Source of the DNA: a virus
Lineage: Duplodnaviria; Caudoviricetes
Length of the DNA stretch: 28,506 nucleotides
Virus record (IMG/VR): IMGVR_UViG_3300012971_000069
Location: 1 to 28,506 of that record
Strand: one strand, 5' to 3'
The notes under the pieces are model-generated. The model was not told the DNA's origin. It ran no database searches and saw nothing but the letters and a program-made list of their open reading frames with translations. Positions 17,710-25,391 of this stretch are shown one piece after another. The position numbers were made by a program, and so were the translations under genes. How positions within the stretch are numbered: the first letter of the stretch is position 1; the number at the start of each line of letters is the position of its first letter.

Positions 17710-19554
17710 CTAGCCGTACATTCCTCCGCCGCCGCCGCCACCACTGTTAAAGCCGATCATCGACATGGGATTGGGCAGGTTGACATAGTTCTGGGCAAAC
17801 GCGGGCACGCTCGGTGCGTTGGCCAGACCCTGCGTGAAGGCTTGCTGGGGCGTCTGCTGCGGTTGGTTCGCCTGCATGTTGGCCTGCGTCGCCGGCTGGG
17901 TCTGGGCTGAGGGAGGTGTGGCATAGCCCATATTCAGCGCACCCGGAAAGTTTGCGGATGGACCTCCGGCCGACCCCACCGGGGCTGCGTAGCCATTCGC
18001 CGGCTGACCGTTCAGGTTGATGTTGACCGTGGGTGTCTGGCCGCCTCCGCCGGCGGCCTGGGCCGTCGCCGTCGCGGCGCGGTGGCCCATGGTGAAGGCC
18101 TGCATGAACTGCGGCAGGTCGGGTGCCTGCGGCAACTGGACCGCACCAAACTGGGGCTGTGCCAATCGGCCGGCCATCTCGTCCATAAACGAACGGAAGG
18201 CGCCAGCCATGGCCGTGCTGCCCTTGGGCGCGTACTGGTTCATCTGCGCCAACTGACCGAGCGCCGAGCCGGCGGTACTCGCGAACTGGTTGGCGCGCGA
18301 GGCCTGCGCCGCCTGCAGCGCATTGACGCCGGTCATCTGCGTCTGGAACTGGTTCTGCTGCGCGGTCGCGGCGTCCTGGGCGGCCTGCTGGATGGTCGTG
18401 CCGCCCAGCGTGGCGGTGGTGAACTGACGCAGCAGCGCGTCGGCGTCAGCCGGATTGCCCGAGCCGCCCGGCCCGAAGACCTGCGACTGAATCTTTTTGA
18501 TCTGGTCGATCTGATCCTGCAGGCCGTAGGTCGGACCGAGTTTTTTTTGCTCAACCCCCGCTTGTGCGGCCGCGGCCGAAGCTTCCTGAGCTTTGGCCTG
18601 CGCCGTCGTCAATCCGACGCCGGCCTGCGCCTGCTGCACGGCGATCTGATTGATGGCCTGCTGCTGCTCGGCGGTCGGCAGACCCTGGACCTTGTTCTTG
18701 TCGACGGCCGCCTGGGCCTCGAGGCTCTCCGTCGCGGCCTGCGCGGCGCGGTCGCCAAACCGGGCTTTGGCTTCTTCGATGTCGGCCTGCGCGCTCGTCA
18801 GTCGTCCGGCCTGCTTGTCCTTGTCGGCCTGCGCCTGCAGCGCGCTGGTCTGCGCCTTGAGTTGACCGTTCTGGGCCTGCAGGTTGTTCAACTCGGCCGG
18901 CGCCAGCGTGGCGATGCGTCCGGCCTGGGCGTCGTCCAGGCGACCCGCGGCCGCCGCCTGCGCGGCCTGATTGGAGGCCAGCGCGATCTGGGCTGGCGAG
19001 CCTTTGGTGATCTGGTCGGCGAGCGCGCGCGAATGGTCGGCCTGCGCCTTGGCCGCGTCGGCGTCGGCGCGCGCCTTGTCGGCGGTGACGTCGGTCAGCT
19101 TTTCGGAGTCGATGGCCTTGGTGGCGATTGTGGCGAACGACTCGGCGGCGGTCGCCACGCGCACGTTGGCGTTGGCCTGCTGGGTGTACAGCGTATTCAG
19201 CGTCTGCTGCAGTTGCTGACCGGCGGGCGTGTTCAGGCCGCCAGGCGTGCTTTCGATCTGACCCCGGGTCCTGTCGATGTTGGTCTGGATGTCGAGCACC
19301 GACTGGCGCGCATTGTCGAGCTCGTTGCGCGCGGTCTGGACGGCGGCCTGATAGTTCTTGTCCTGCAGCTGGATGTCGCCGGGGTTGGCCGGCCTGGTCG
19401 GCCCTGGCGACGGCGGGCCCTGCACCGGTCCGCCCACATCCGGCTGCTGCGCGGGTGCAGCCGCGGGCGCTGGAGCCGGCGCGGCCGGTGCTGGGGCAGC
19501 ATTCGGCTGTGGATAGTCGAAGCCCGGTATCGGATTGGGAACAGGTGGGTGCAT
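17710..19554 (-). CDS. Ala/Gln-rich coiled-coil putative ejection protein (614 aa)
   Basis: Long A/Q helical repeats (AQAD/AQAK) with Pro-rich ends; position in the gene block. Confidence 0.6.
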   Translation of the reverse strand: MHPPVPNPIPGFDYPQPNAAPAPAAPAPAPAAAPAQQPDVGGPVQGPPSPGPTRPANPGDIQLQDKNYQAAVQTARNELDNARQSVLDIQTNIDRTRGQIESTPGGLNTPAGQQLQQTLNTLYTQQANANVRVATAAESFATIATKAIDSEKLTDVTADKARADADAAKAQADHSRALADQITKGSPAQIALASNQAAQAAAAGRLDDAQAGRIATLAPAELNNLQAQNGQLKAQTSALQAQADKDKQAGRLTSAQADIEEAKARFGDRAAQAATESLEAQAAVDKNKVQGLPTAEQQQAINQIAVQQAQAGVGLTTAQAKAQEASAAAAQAGVEQKKLGPTYGLQDQIDQIKKIQSQVFGPGGSGNPADADALLRQFTTATLGGTTIQQAAQDAATAQQNQFQTQMTGVNALQAAQASRANQFASTAGSALGQLAQMNQYAPKGSTAMAGAFRSFMDEMAGRLAQPQFGAVQLPQAPDLPQFMQAFTMGHRAATATAQAAGGGGQTPTVNINLNGQPANGYAAPVGSAGGPSANFPGALNMGYATPPSAQTQPATQANMQANQPQQTPQQAFTQGLANAPSVPAFAQNYVNLPNPMSMIGFNSGGGGGGGMYG

Positions 19555-19557
19555 CGA

Positions 19558-20229
19558 TCAGGCCTGCAGGTTGCCGGTGGGGCCCTGGGCCGGCGGCAGC
19601 ATGCCGCCACCCAGGGGTCCTTCAGCATTGGGCGGCGCGGTGGTCGCTGGCGGCGGCAAGGGTGGCGGACCCGGCGGCATCATGCCCGGTGCCGCCGCGG
19701 GCGGAGCGACGGGCGGACCACCCATCGGCGGCATCGGGCCAGGAGGAGGTGGTGGCATGCCCGGCGAGGGAGTTGGGAGACCACCGGGCATGGACATCGG
19801 CGGCGGCTGGGGCGGCATGGGTGGCGGTTGCTGCTGCAGGTGCAACAGTGGCAGCGTGTTCTGGGTGTACGGCGGCGGCTGTGCCTGGCCGGTGGCCTGT
19901 GCCGACCAGTCGGCGAGCTGCTTGGCCTTGCCGATGATCGACTCGATGTCCGGGCCCTGCATCAGTTGTTTTCTGAGCGGATACACCTGGTCGAGCGCCT
20001 GGCCGGGCTGCAGGCCCTGCTGCAGCAGGTCGTAGTAGTGCTGGTCGGCGAGCTGAGGATTGCCGAGCGGCGTGTAGTTCCAGCGCTGCACGGCCTCGTC
20101 CTGACTCAGTTCACGGCCCGAAAGTGGCCCGCCGAGGTGCTGGGCCATGCCTCTGGCGTAGTCCTGGACCCTGCCCGCGAACGTCTTCGTCACGTCCTCG
20201 AGCATGTTCTGCGGACCGTTGCCGGGCAT
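19558..20229 (-). CDS. hypothetical virion protein with Pro-rich C-terminus (223 aa)
   Basis: Helical N-terminal about 110 aa followed by a poly-Pro/Met/Gly tail. Confidence 0.7.
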   Translation of the reverse strand: MPGNGPQNMLEDVTKTFAGRVQDYARGMAQHLGGPLSGRELSQDEAVQRWNYTPLGNPQLADQHYYDLLQQGLQPGQALDQVYPLRKQLMQGPDIESIIGKAKQLADWSAQATGQAQPPPYTQNTLPLLHLQQQPPPMPPQPPPMSMPGGLPTPSPGMPPPPPGPMPPMGGPPVAPPAAAPGMMPPGPPPLPPPATTAPPNAEGPLGGGMLPPAQGPTGNLQA

Positions 20230-20385
20230 CTATGCGCGCTTACCTTTTAAAGGAGATGTCTTTTTTGCGCGCCGCTGCACGTCGAGGGCGATAGCGATGG
20301 CCTGGCGTTTTGGCTTGCCGGCCTGCATTTCGGTCTTGATGTTCTGGCCCACGCTGGCCTTGCTGCCGGACCTGTTGAGCGGCAT
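20230..20385 (-). CDS. small basic phage protein (51 aa), GKPxxQAIAIAL type (DUF6496-like)
   Basis: Manual translation: MPLNRSGSKASVGQNIKTEMQAGKPKRQAIAIALDVQRRAKKTSPLKGKRA. Motif recalled from small phage proteins; not in the ORF track. Confidence 0.75.
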   Translation of the reverse strand: MPLNRSGSKASVGQNIKTEMQAGKPKRQAIAIALDVQRRAKKTSPLKGKRA

Positions 20386-20395
20386 CTTTTCAGAC

Positions 20396-20479
20396 TCAGC
20401 CCGAACGCAGCGCGATGAGCAGGATCAGCGCGACCAGCGTGCTGAAGACCAGGAAGATATGCAACTGGTCGTCGTTCAC
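20396..20479 (-). CDS. single-TM microprotein (27 aa)
   Basis: GTG overlaps the upstream TGA. MNDDQLHIFLVFSTLVALILLIALRSG. Confidence 0.6.
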   Translation of the reverse strand: MNDDQLHIFLVFSTLVALILLIALRSG

Positions 20480-20613
20480 TTCGCGGTCTTGGGCGGCGGC
20501 TGATCGCCGAGGTCCTGGTAGGCGAGTGGCTGCGGCACACCAAACTTGGGCGGCGACTGCAGCGGCAGCGGGCACTGCGTGCCCTTGAGATGCGAGGTCG
20601 AGTCCTTCTTCAT
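20476..20613 (-). CDS. Pro-rich microprotein (45 aa)
   Basis: ATGA and GTGA overlaps on both sides. MKKDSTSHLKGTQCPLPLQSPPKFGVPQPLAYQDLGDQPPPKTAK. Confidence 0.6.
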   Translation of the reverse strand: MKKDSTSHLKGTQCPLPLQSPPKFGVPQPLAYQDLGDQPPPKTAK

Positions 20614-20804
20614 GACTTCTTTCCATTACCGCCGCCACGTTTGCTGGTGCTCGGTGGTTTTCCGCCGGCGCCAACGACGCCGCCGGCGCCGCCGACGCGC
20701 GTGCGTGTGCTGGTCGGCAGTCGTGGCACGCGCGGCGTGGTGCGCACGCCCGAGACGGCCAGGGGTCGGGCGATGCCGATGGTTACACGTGGAACTCGAG
20801 GCAT
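20610..20804 (-). CDS. Arg/Gly-rich basic microprotein (64 aa)
   Basis: MPRVPRVTIG...KRGGGNGKKS has no Asp or Glu. ATG lies 10 nt after the upstream stop. Confidence 0.65.
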   Translation of the reverse strand: MPRVPRVTIGIARPLAVSGVRTTPRVPRLPTSTRTRVGGAGGVVGAGGKPPSTSKRGGGNGKKS

Positions 20805-20814
20805 GTCTTTTCTC

Positions 20815-20991
20815 TTACCCCAGTTTCTTGAGCGTTTTGGCTAATCGGGCGCGCTGACCGAGCTTGCCGCCCTTGTTGGCCGCGGCGTTGAGCTTCCCTG
20901 CAGGGATGGGCTTGTCGCCGGTGACGCCGAGGCTCTTGCGCAACGCGCCCGGTTTGGAGATCGCGCCCGCGATCCAGTTCTTACCGGCCAC
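20815..20991 (-). CDS. Lys-rich basic phage microprotein (58 aa)
   Basis: MAGKNWIAGAISKPGALRKSLGVTGDKPIPAGKLNAAANKGGKLGQRARLAKTLKKLG. The WI..AI.KPGALR..LG...RARLA.TL pattern is one I recall from uncultured phage proteins. Confidence 0.8.
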   Translation of the reverse strand: MAGKNWIAGAISKPGALRKSLGVTGDKPIPAGKLNAAANKGGKLGQRARLAKTLKKLG

Positions 20992-20992
20992 G

Positions 20993-21139
20993 TCATTTGC
21001 CCTTTCGGATCGGCACGCCGCGCTTCTTGTCGAGCGCGTTGTCGCGAGCTGAGCCTTCGGCGACTTTGTGGGCCTTATCCCAGGCTTTGTCTTTCGCCTC
21101 GGTCCACTTCGTGCCCTTGCCGTTCTTCGGCGCGGCCAT
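20993..21139 (-). CDS. Lys-rich microprotein (48 aa)
   Basis: MAAPKNGKGTKWTEAKDKAWDKAHKVAEGSARDNALDKKRGVPIRKGK; 1-2 nt gaps to its neighbours. Confidence 0.7.
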   Translation of the reverse strand: MAAPKNGKGTKWTEAKDKAWDKAHKVAEGSARDNALDKKRGVPIRKGK

Positions 21140-21141
21140 GG

Positions 21142-21315
21142 CTAGGGATTCTTGATCGGGTACGACTTCTTGGTCGCCGGCGACGCGTTGAACACGGGCG
21201 GGTTGTTGTCGCCCGGAAAGACGTTGCCGTTGAACTGCACGGCCAGGCTGGAGTCGGCCGGCTGCGTCTTGGCGTTGGGATTCGGATTACTGGTCCCCGC
21301 GTTGCCGTTGGCCAT
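21142..21315 (-). CDS. Asn/Pro-rich microprotein (57 aa)
   Basis: Strong SD GAGGAG. MANGNAGTSNPNPNAKTQPADSSLAVQFNGNVFPGDNNPPVFNASPATKKSYPIKNP. Confidence 0.75.
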   Translation of the reverse strand: MANGNAGTSNPNPNAKTQPADSSLAVQFNGNVFPGDNNPPVFNASPATKKSYPIKNP

Positions 21316-21343
21316 CAGTGCTCTCCTCTGTGGTGGGCTTGAC

Positions 21344-21362
21344 TTGACGTAACACTACGCTT
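21344..21362 (-). promoter_or_regulatory. conserved 19-bp intergenic motif, copy 1 (AAGCGTAGTGTTACGTCAA)
   Basis: 17/19 identical to 23828-23846; lies right after the portal stop. Confidence 0.7.
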
Positions 21363-21363
21363 T

Positions 21364-23415
21364 TCAGGCCGGCGCGCCAACTGGGGGTGCGCCGGGCGGC
21401 CCGCCGACGATGGCGCCAGCCTGCTGGCCGGCCATCACGTCGCGGCGCATGGTGTTCGACTGCAGCGCGCCCTGCAGCATGCCGCCGATGGCGCTATTGA
21501 CCGGGTTGGGCGTGTTGACGCCCTGCAGTTGCGGCCGGCCCTGGCCACCGTTGGGCAGCGCGGCCATGGGCGTGCCGTCCGGCATGGCCTGACCGCCCTG
21601 CACCTGCTGGAACAACTGCTGCATCTGCTGGTCGCCGAGCTCCTTGCTGACCATGTTGAACAGATACTGCTGACCCTGGGGTGTCTGAAACAGCAGCCGT
21701 TCGACCAGGATCTCGATCATGGTCTGGTCCGGCTGCTCGTCGCCGAGGCCCTGCTCGAGCGCCTGGCGGAGTGGGATCCTGCCCTCGATGCTCCACTGCA
21801 TCAGCATCTGGGCGTAGGGCAGGTTCTCACCCTGCTCGGGCGGGTACTCGGCGCGGAAGTCGTACACGCCCTGGGCCATGTTCTTGGTCAGCTCCTGGGC
21901 GACCCTGACCTGGTTGGACATGCCCTTGGGCTGCACCGCGGCATACACCGGCACGCTCACGCCGTACAGCTGCACGATCTTGTCGGCGATCTCGGTGGCC
22001 AGGCTGCCGCAGAACGAGAATGCCTCGAGGCCGCCATTGAGCACGTCGTCGTAGGCGTCCTGCAGCATATTTCTGATCAGCGCGCGGTCGTGGCCGCTCG
22101 TCGCGCCCGGTCCGCCGCCAGCGGCGGAACTGGGCGCCTCCTCGCGCACGGTGCCCATCATCATCGTCATCAGCTCGTCCACGTCGCGCGAGGTGCCCGG
22201 GTGGACGGCCGGGCTGGGCGCGCCGGCGACGTACTGCGCCTTCATGGGGTGGATCTCCACCTCGCGCGGCTTGCCGTCTTCCATCGTGAGGGTGGGATCC
22301 ACGTCGGCGTTGGCCTGAATGAACCAACCCCCGAAACCCATCTGCCAGGTGTGCGCCAGTTTGGCGGTGGCCAGGTTGTTCATGCCCTGCAGGACTGACA
22401 GGAACGGCCACAGGAACGGCACCGCGCGGCGGTCGGGGTCCGTCTCGCTGGCGAAATTGCAGCCCCAGATCCACGTGCCGCACATGCGTGAGATGCCGAA
22501 GTCGCTGGCCAGGTCGATGGCCGCTAGCGTCGACTCGCCGCTGGCATTCACGCGTTCGGCGAGGGTGATGTTGGAGCCGTCGCTGGCCGGCGCGGTGATG
22601 CCCTGGCCGATGTAGTAGACGACGCTGCCCGGCCGCCACAGCTCGTACAGCGTGAATTTGGGATACGTGCCTCTGGTCTGAGACAGGTAGTCCGGGTCGT
22701 AGCCAGGTCCGACGTGACCGGTGTCCCCAAAACGCCAGCGGTAGCCGCGCGCCTGCAGGTCCTCCTGGGCGTACTGACCGCGCACGATGAGCCCGTCGAG
22801 GCGATGCCCGGGGCCGAGGATGGGCAGGCACTGGTCGATGCCGATAACCCTGACGCCGATGGGCACCGCGCGCGCGCGCCAGTCGAGGCTGAAGTCGTCG
22901 TACGTCTTGCGCTGATCCTGCAGGTCGTCGCCTTCCCACAGCTCGAGCACCTCGCCCTCGTCGTCGACGAAGGTAGGCAGGTTTTCCCACGCCGCGGCTC
23001 TAGGAAAACACAGCACGGCGGCGCCGCCTTGATTGAAGAGCATGTCCATGAGCGGTCGCCAGAACTTGCCGTTCTGCTGCTCGACCGCGTCGAGACACGC
23101 GTTGGCCCACACCTCCAGAGACGAGGCGTTGGTTCTGGCTCGAATCGAGCGGCCCATCGGATCGCGGCGCAGACGCGGGCGTTTGGAGGCCAGCATCTGC
23201 ACCGCGTGCAGCGGAATGGTCTGCGAATGCGGCAGTTTGACCGCTAAATTACCAGCAGCCAGCGCAAACTCTTCAGGAACAATCGGGTCGAAGCGTTGGG
23301 CTAACCAATCGCGCACATCGCGCACTCTATGGCGCGTAGTTTGCCATTCGTTATATGACGACCACCAGCGTGTAGCCAGTTGGGAGGGGCTCGGGACGTC
23401 CTCCGGACCCAGCAT
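21364..23415 (-). CDS. portal protein (683 aa)
   Basis: Size, position after terminase, helical core and Gln/Pro/Gly-rich C-terminal tail typical of podovirus-type portals. No single diagnostic motif. Confidence 0.8.
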   Translation of the reverse strand: MLGPEDVPSPSQLATRWWSSYNEWQTTRHRVRDVRDWLAQRFDPIVPEEFALAAGNLAVKLPHSQTIPLHAVQMLASKRPRLRRDPMGRSIRARTNASSLEVWANACLDAVEQQNGKFWRPLMDMLFNQGGAAVLCFPRAAAWENLPTFVDDEGEVLELWEGDDLQDQRKTYDDFSLDWRARAVPIGVRVIGIDQCLPILGPGHRLDGLIVRGQYAQEDLQARGYRWRFGDTGHVGPGYDPDYLSQTRGTYPKFTLYELWRPGSVVYYIGQGITAPASDGSNITLAERVNASGESTLAAIDLASDFGISRMCGTWIWGCNFASETDPDRRAVPFLWPFLSVLQGMNNLATAKLAHTWQMGFGGWFIQANADVDPTLTMEDGKPREVEIHPMKAQYVAGAPSPAVHPGTSRDVDELMTMMMGTVREEAPSSAAGGGPGATSGHDRALIRNMLQDAYDDVLNGGLEAFSFCGSLATEIADKIVQLYGVSVPVYAAVQPKGMSNQVRVAQELTKNMAQGVYDFRAEYPPEQGENLPYAQMLMQWSIEGRIPLRQALEQGLGDEQPDQTMIEILVERLLFQTPQGQQYLFNMVSKELGDQQMQQLFQQVQGGQAMPDGTPMAALPNGGQGRPQLQGVNTPNPVNSAIGGMLQGALQSNTMRRDVMAGQQAGAIVGGPPGAPPVGAPA

Positions 23416-23432
23416 GTCAGGCGAAAACGGTC

Positions 23433-23468
23433 AAAAAGGTCAACTCGGAGTTGTCCATCGGACAACTC
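23433..23468 (-). terminator. hairpin(s) plus T-tract upstream of portal; possible terminator or attenuator
   Basis: Perfect 9-bp stem GAGTTGTCC-GAT-GGACAACTC (23468-23448). An overlapping alternative stem GGACAACT-CCG-AGTTGACC is followed by TTTTT. Confidence 0.45.
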
Positions 23469-23805
23469 ACGCGCTGCTGCTCGTCGAGGTCGTGCTGCTC
23501 GTGCTGCTGGTGGTCGCCGACGAGGCGGGCTGAGCAGCAGCGGCGGCCTGCGCTTTGGCGAACTCGGCGTCGGCCTTTTCGGTGTCGCTGAGTCGGCGCA
23601 CGAAGAAGCCCTCGCGCACGACGTCCTCGTCGACGCCGTAGCCGGCTTGCTTCAGGTCCTCCTCGTCGTCCTCGGCGAGGTCCGCCTTGGAGACGAACAC
23701 GCGCGCGCTGGTCTCCAGCTGGTCGACGATGTCCTGGGCTTCCGGACTGAGGCTGGGGGTTGCTGTCCTGGACGTTGAGCTACTACTACTCGGTGCTTGT
23801 GCCAT
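23467..23805 (-). CDS. acidic hypothetical protein with Ser/Thr-rich ends (112 aa)
   Basis: ATG at 23805 with AGGT 7 nt upstream (alternative GTG at 23811); lies between terminase and portal. Confidence 0.75.
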   Translation of the reverse strand: MAQAPSSSSSTSRTATPSLSPEAQDIVDQLETSARVFVSKADLAEDDEEDLKQAGYGVDEDVVREGFFVRRLSDTEKADAEFAKAQAAAAAQPASSATTSSTSSTTSTSSSA

Positions 23806-23827
23806 GTCCACAACCTAGCACGCCAGA

Positions 23828-23846
23828 TTGACGTAAGAATACGCTT
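23828..23846 (-). promoter_or_regulatory. conserved 19-bp intergenic motif, copy 2 (AAGCGTATTCTTACGTCAA)
   Basis: 17/19 identical to 21344-21362; 5 nt after the terminase stop. Confidence 0.7.
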
Positions 23847-23851
23847 CGGCG

Positions 23852-25366
23852 TCAACCCAGCAACTGCAGCGGGTTGCCGCCCGGCATCTGACGCAGCCCG
23901 CCGCTGGTCCTGCCGACGACCCTGAACGGCACGGGGTTGCTCAGCAAGGTCAGAAAGGCGCGCGTTTTCTGCAGTCGCTCGACGGCCAGGCGCACGCAGT
24001 ACGCCAGCGCGTCGACGCGGTCGTCGTGCGCCGACCTGGGGAAGCGGCTCAGCTCGACGCTCAGCGCGTGCCACCACGGCGCACTCCGATCGACGCTGAT
24101 CAGCCCGGCCTTGGCCCGCCCGGCGATGATCAGCGCCCTGGACAACTTGTCCGTGTCGGCCTCGACCGGCTCCATGTGGCACGGCGACCAGTCGACTCTG
24201 GCCTGTAGCGCCCTGAGCAGGTCCTGGGTGGCGCCCTGCTTTTCGAAGGCGCGCCGCTCGATGCCGACCAGCATCGGCCGCCATTCCTTTAAATAGGTAG
24301 AGAGCTCGACCTCGTGGCGCAATTCGGCGAGGTGCGCGGCGTACACGTCAAGGAGGTGCATGACCGGAAAACGGCCGTCGCGTTCGACGGCCGCAGTGAC
24401 GCCCACCGTCCAGTCGCTGGCGTCCTTGTCCGAGTAGTTCAGGTCGAAGGCGCAGATGACGTCCATCTGGTTCAGGTCAAGATGTTGCGGCCGATCCAGG
24501 AACCACGCCGGATTGAGCAGCATGCCGGCCCGCGGACTGGGCCGCTGGTCGTACTGCGCACTGTAGGCGTACGGACCCAGGTCTACCTTTAACTGTTCGA
24601 CGGTGTCCTTCGAAAAACGTTGCGGGCTGAGCAGGATGGGGTCGATGTTGGCGGCCGCCTCGGCGCGGCGGTCGTGCAGGTGCTGATCCAACGCGCACGC
24701 CTCGAGCTGGCTGGGCCGCGCGTGCAGCGGGTCGTACTCCATGGGCAGTTCGATGTGGTGGATGCGCGCGCCCTCGCGTTCGAGCCAATCGGCGGTCAGG
24801 TCCTCCTCGTGCACGCGCTGGCCGACGACCACCCTGACGCCGCCCGGCAGTCGGCGGGAGGGGTACACCTCGCGCCAGATCTGCAGCACGCTGTCGCGTT
24901 CGGCGTCACTTTCGGCCTCGTGGACGTTGTGCGGATCGTCGACGACCACGTAGTGGGCGTGCTCGCCGGTCACACCGCCGGCCATGCTCGTCGCCAGGCG
25001 CCAGCCGGTGCGGTTGTTGGAGTAGTAGCTCTTGACGTTCTGGTCGCCCGAGAACGACCACGCCTCGCCCCACTGGGCCTGGTACCACTCGCTCTGCATC
25101 AGGCGCCGCGTCCTGAGCGCGTCCCTGATCGCCAGCCGCGCGTCGTAGCCGCCAGTCAGCCACCTGGTCCACGGCTGCCAGGTCCACGCCCAGGCCGGCC
25201 AGAAGACGCTGGTGCACAGACTCTTGGTGGTACCCGGCGGCACGTTGATCAGCAGATCCGTCAACTGCCCCAGGCTGCACGCCTCGAGGTGGGCGCACAG
25301 CAGGTCGAGGTGCCAGCCGACCTGAAAGGGGACCGACGGCTCGAGCAGCGGCCAGGCCTGCTGCAC
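23852..25366 (-). CDS. terL: terminase large subunit (start uncertain: GTG 25366 or ATG 25495)
   Basis: Walker A NVPPGTTKS, Walker B YVVVDDPH, VVVGQRVHEEDL, nuclease AFDLNY...DWTVG and FPRSAHDDRVDAL. Confidence 0.95.
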   Translation of the reverse strand: MQQAWPLLEPSVPFQVGWHLDLLCAHLEACSLGQLTDLLINVPPGTTKSLCTSVFWPAWAWTWQPWTRWLTGGYDARLAIRDALRTRRLMQSEWYQAQWGEAWSFSGDQNVKSYYSNNRTGWRLATSMAGGVTGEHAHYVVVDDPHNVHEAESDAERDSVLQIWREVYPSRRLPGGVRVVVGQRVHEEDLTADWLEREGARIHHIELPMEYDPLHARPSQLEACALDQHLHDRRAEAAANIDPILLSPQRFSKDTVEQLKVDLGPYAYSAQYDQRPSPRAGMLLNPAWFLDRPQHLDLNQMDVICAFDLNYSDKDASDWTVGVTAAVERDGRFPVMHLLDVYAAHLAELRHEVELSTYLKEWRPMLVGIERRAFEKQGATQDLLRALQARVDWSPCHMEPVEADTDKLSRALIIAGRAKAGLISVDRSAPWWHALSVELSRFPRSAHDDRVDALAYCVRLAVERLQKTRAFLTLLSNPVPFRVVGRTSGGLRQMPGGNPLQLLG

Positions 25367-25391
25367 GAAGTGTATTAAAGGTAGAGGCGGC

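Noticed and set aside
19600-19830. GGC/GGT-rich repeats here and poly-Gln tracts in neighbouring genes
   Set aside because: Explained by low-complexity protein sequence.
306-21315. Genome-wide TAG reassignment
   Set aside because: TAG ends genes at 306 and 21142 where the next gene is out of frame, and no conserved domain is interrupted by TAG.
16001-22990. Alternative-frame minus ORFs (16001-17512, 21827-22990) rich in Arg/Ala/Pro
   Set aside because: Typical off-frame read-through in high-GC coding DNA; they overlap better-supported genes.
3440-25378. Long plus-strand ORFs (for example 3440-5257, 10894-12510, 16081-17910, 18082-20250)
   Set aside because: Antisense shadows of GC-biased minus-strand genes, with no motifs or start signals.
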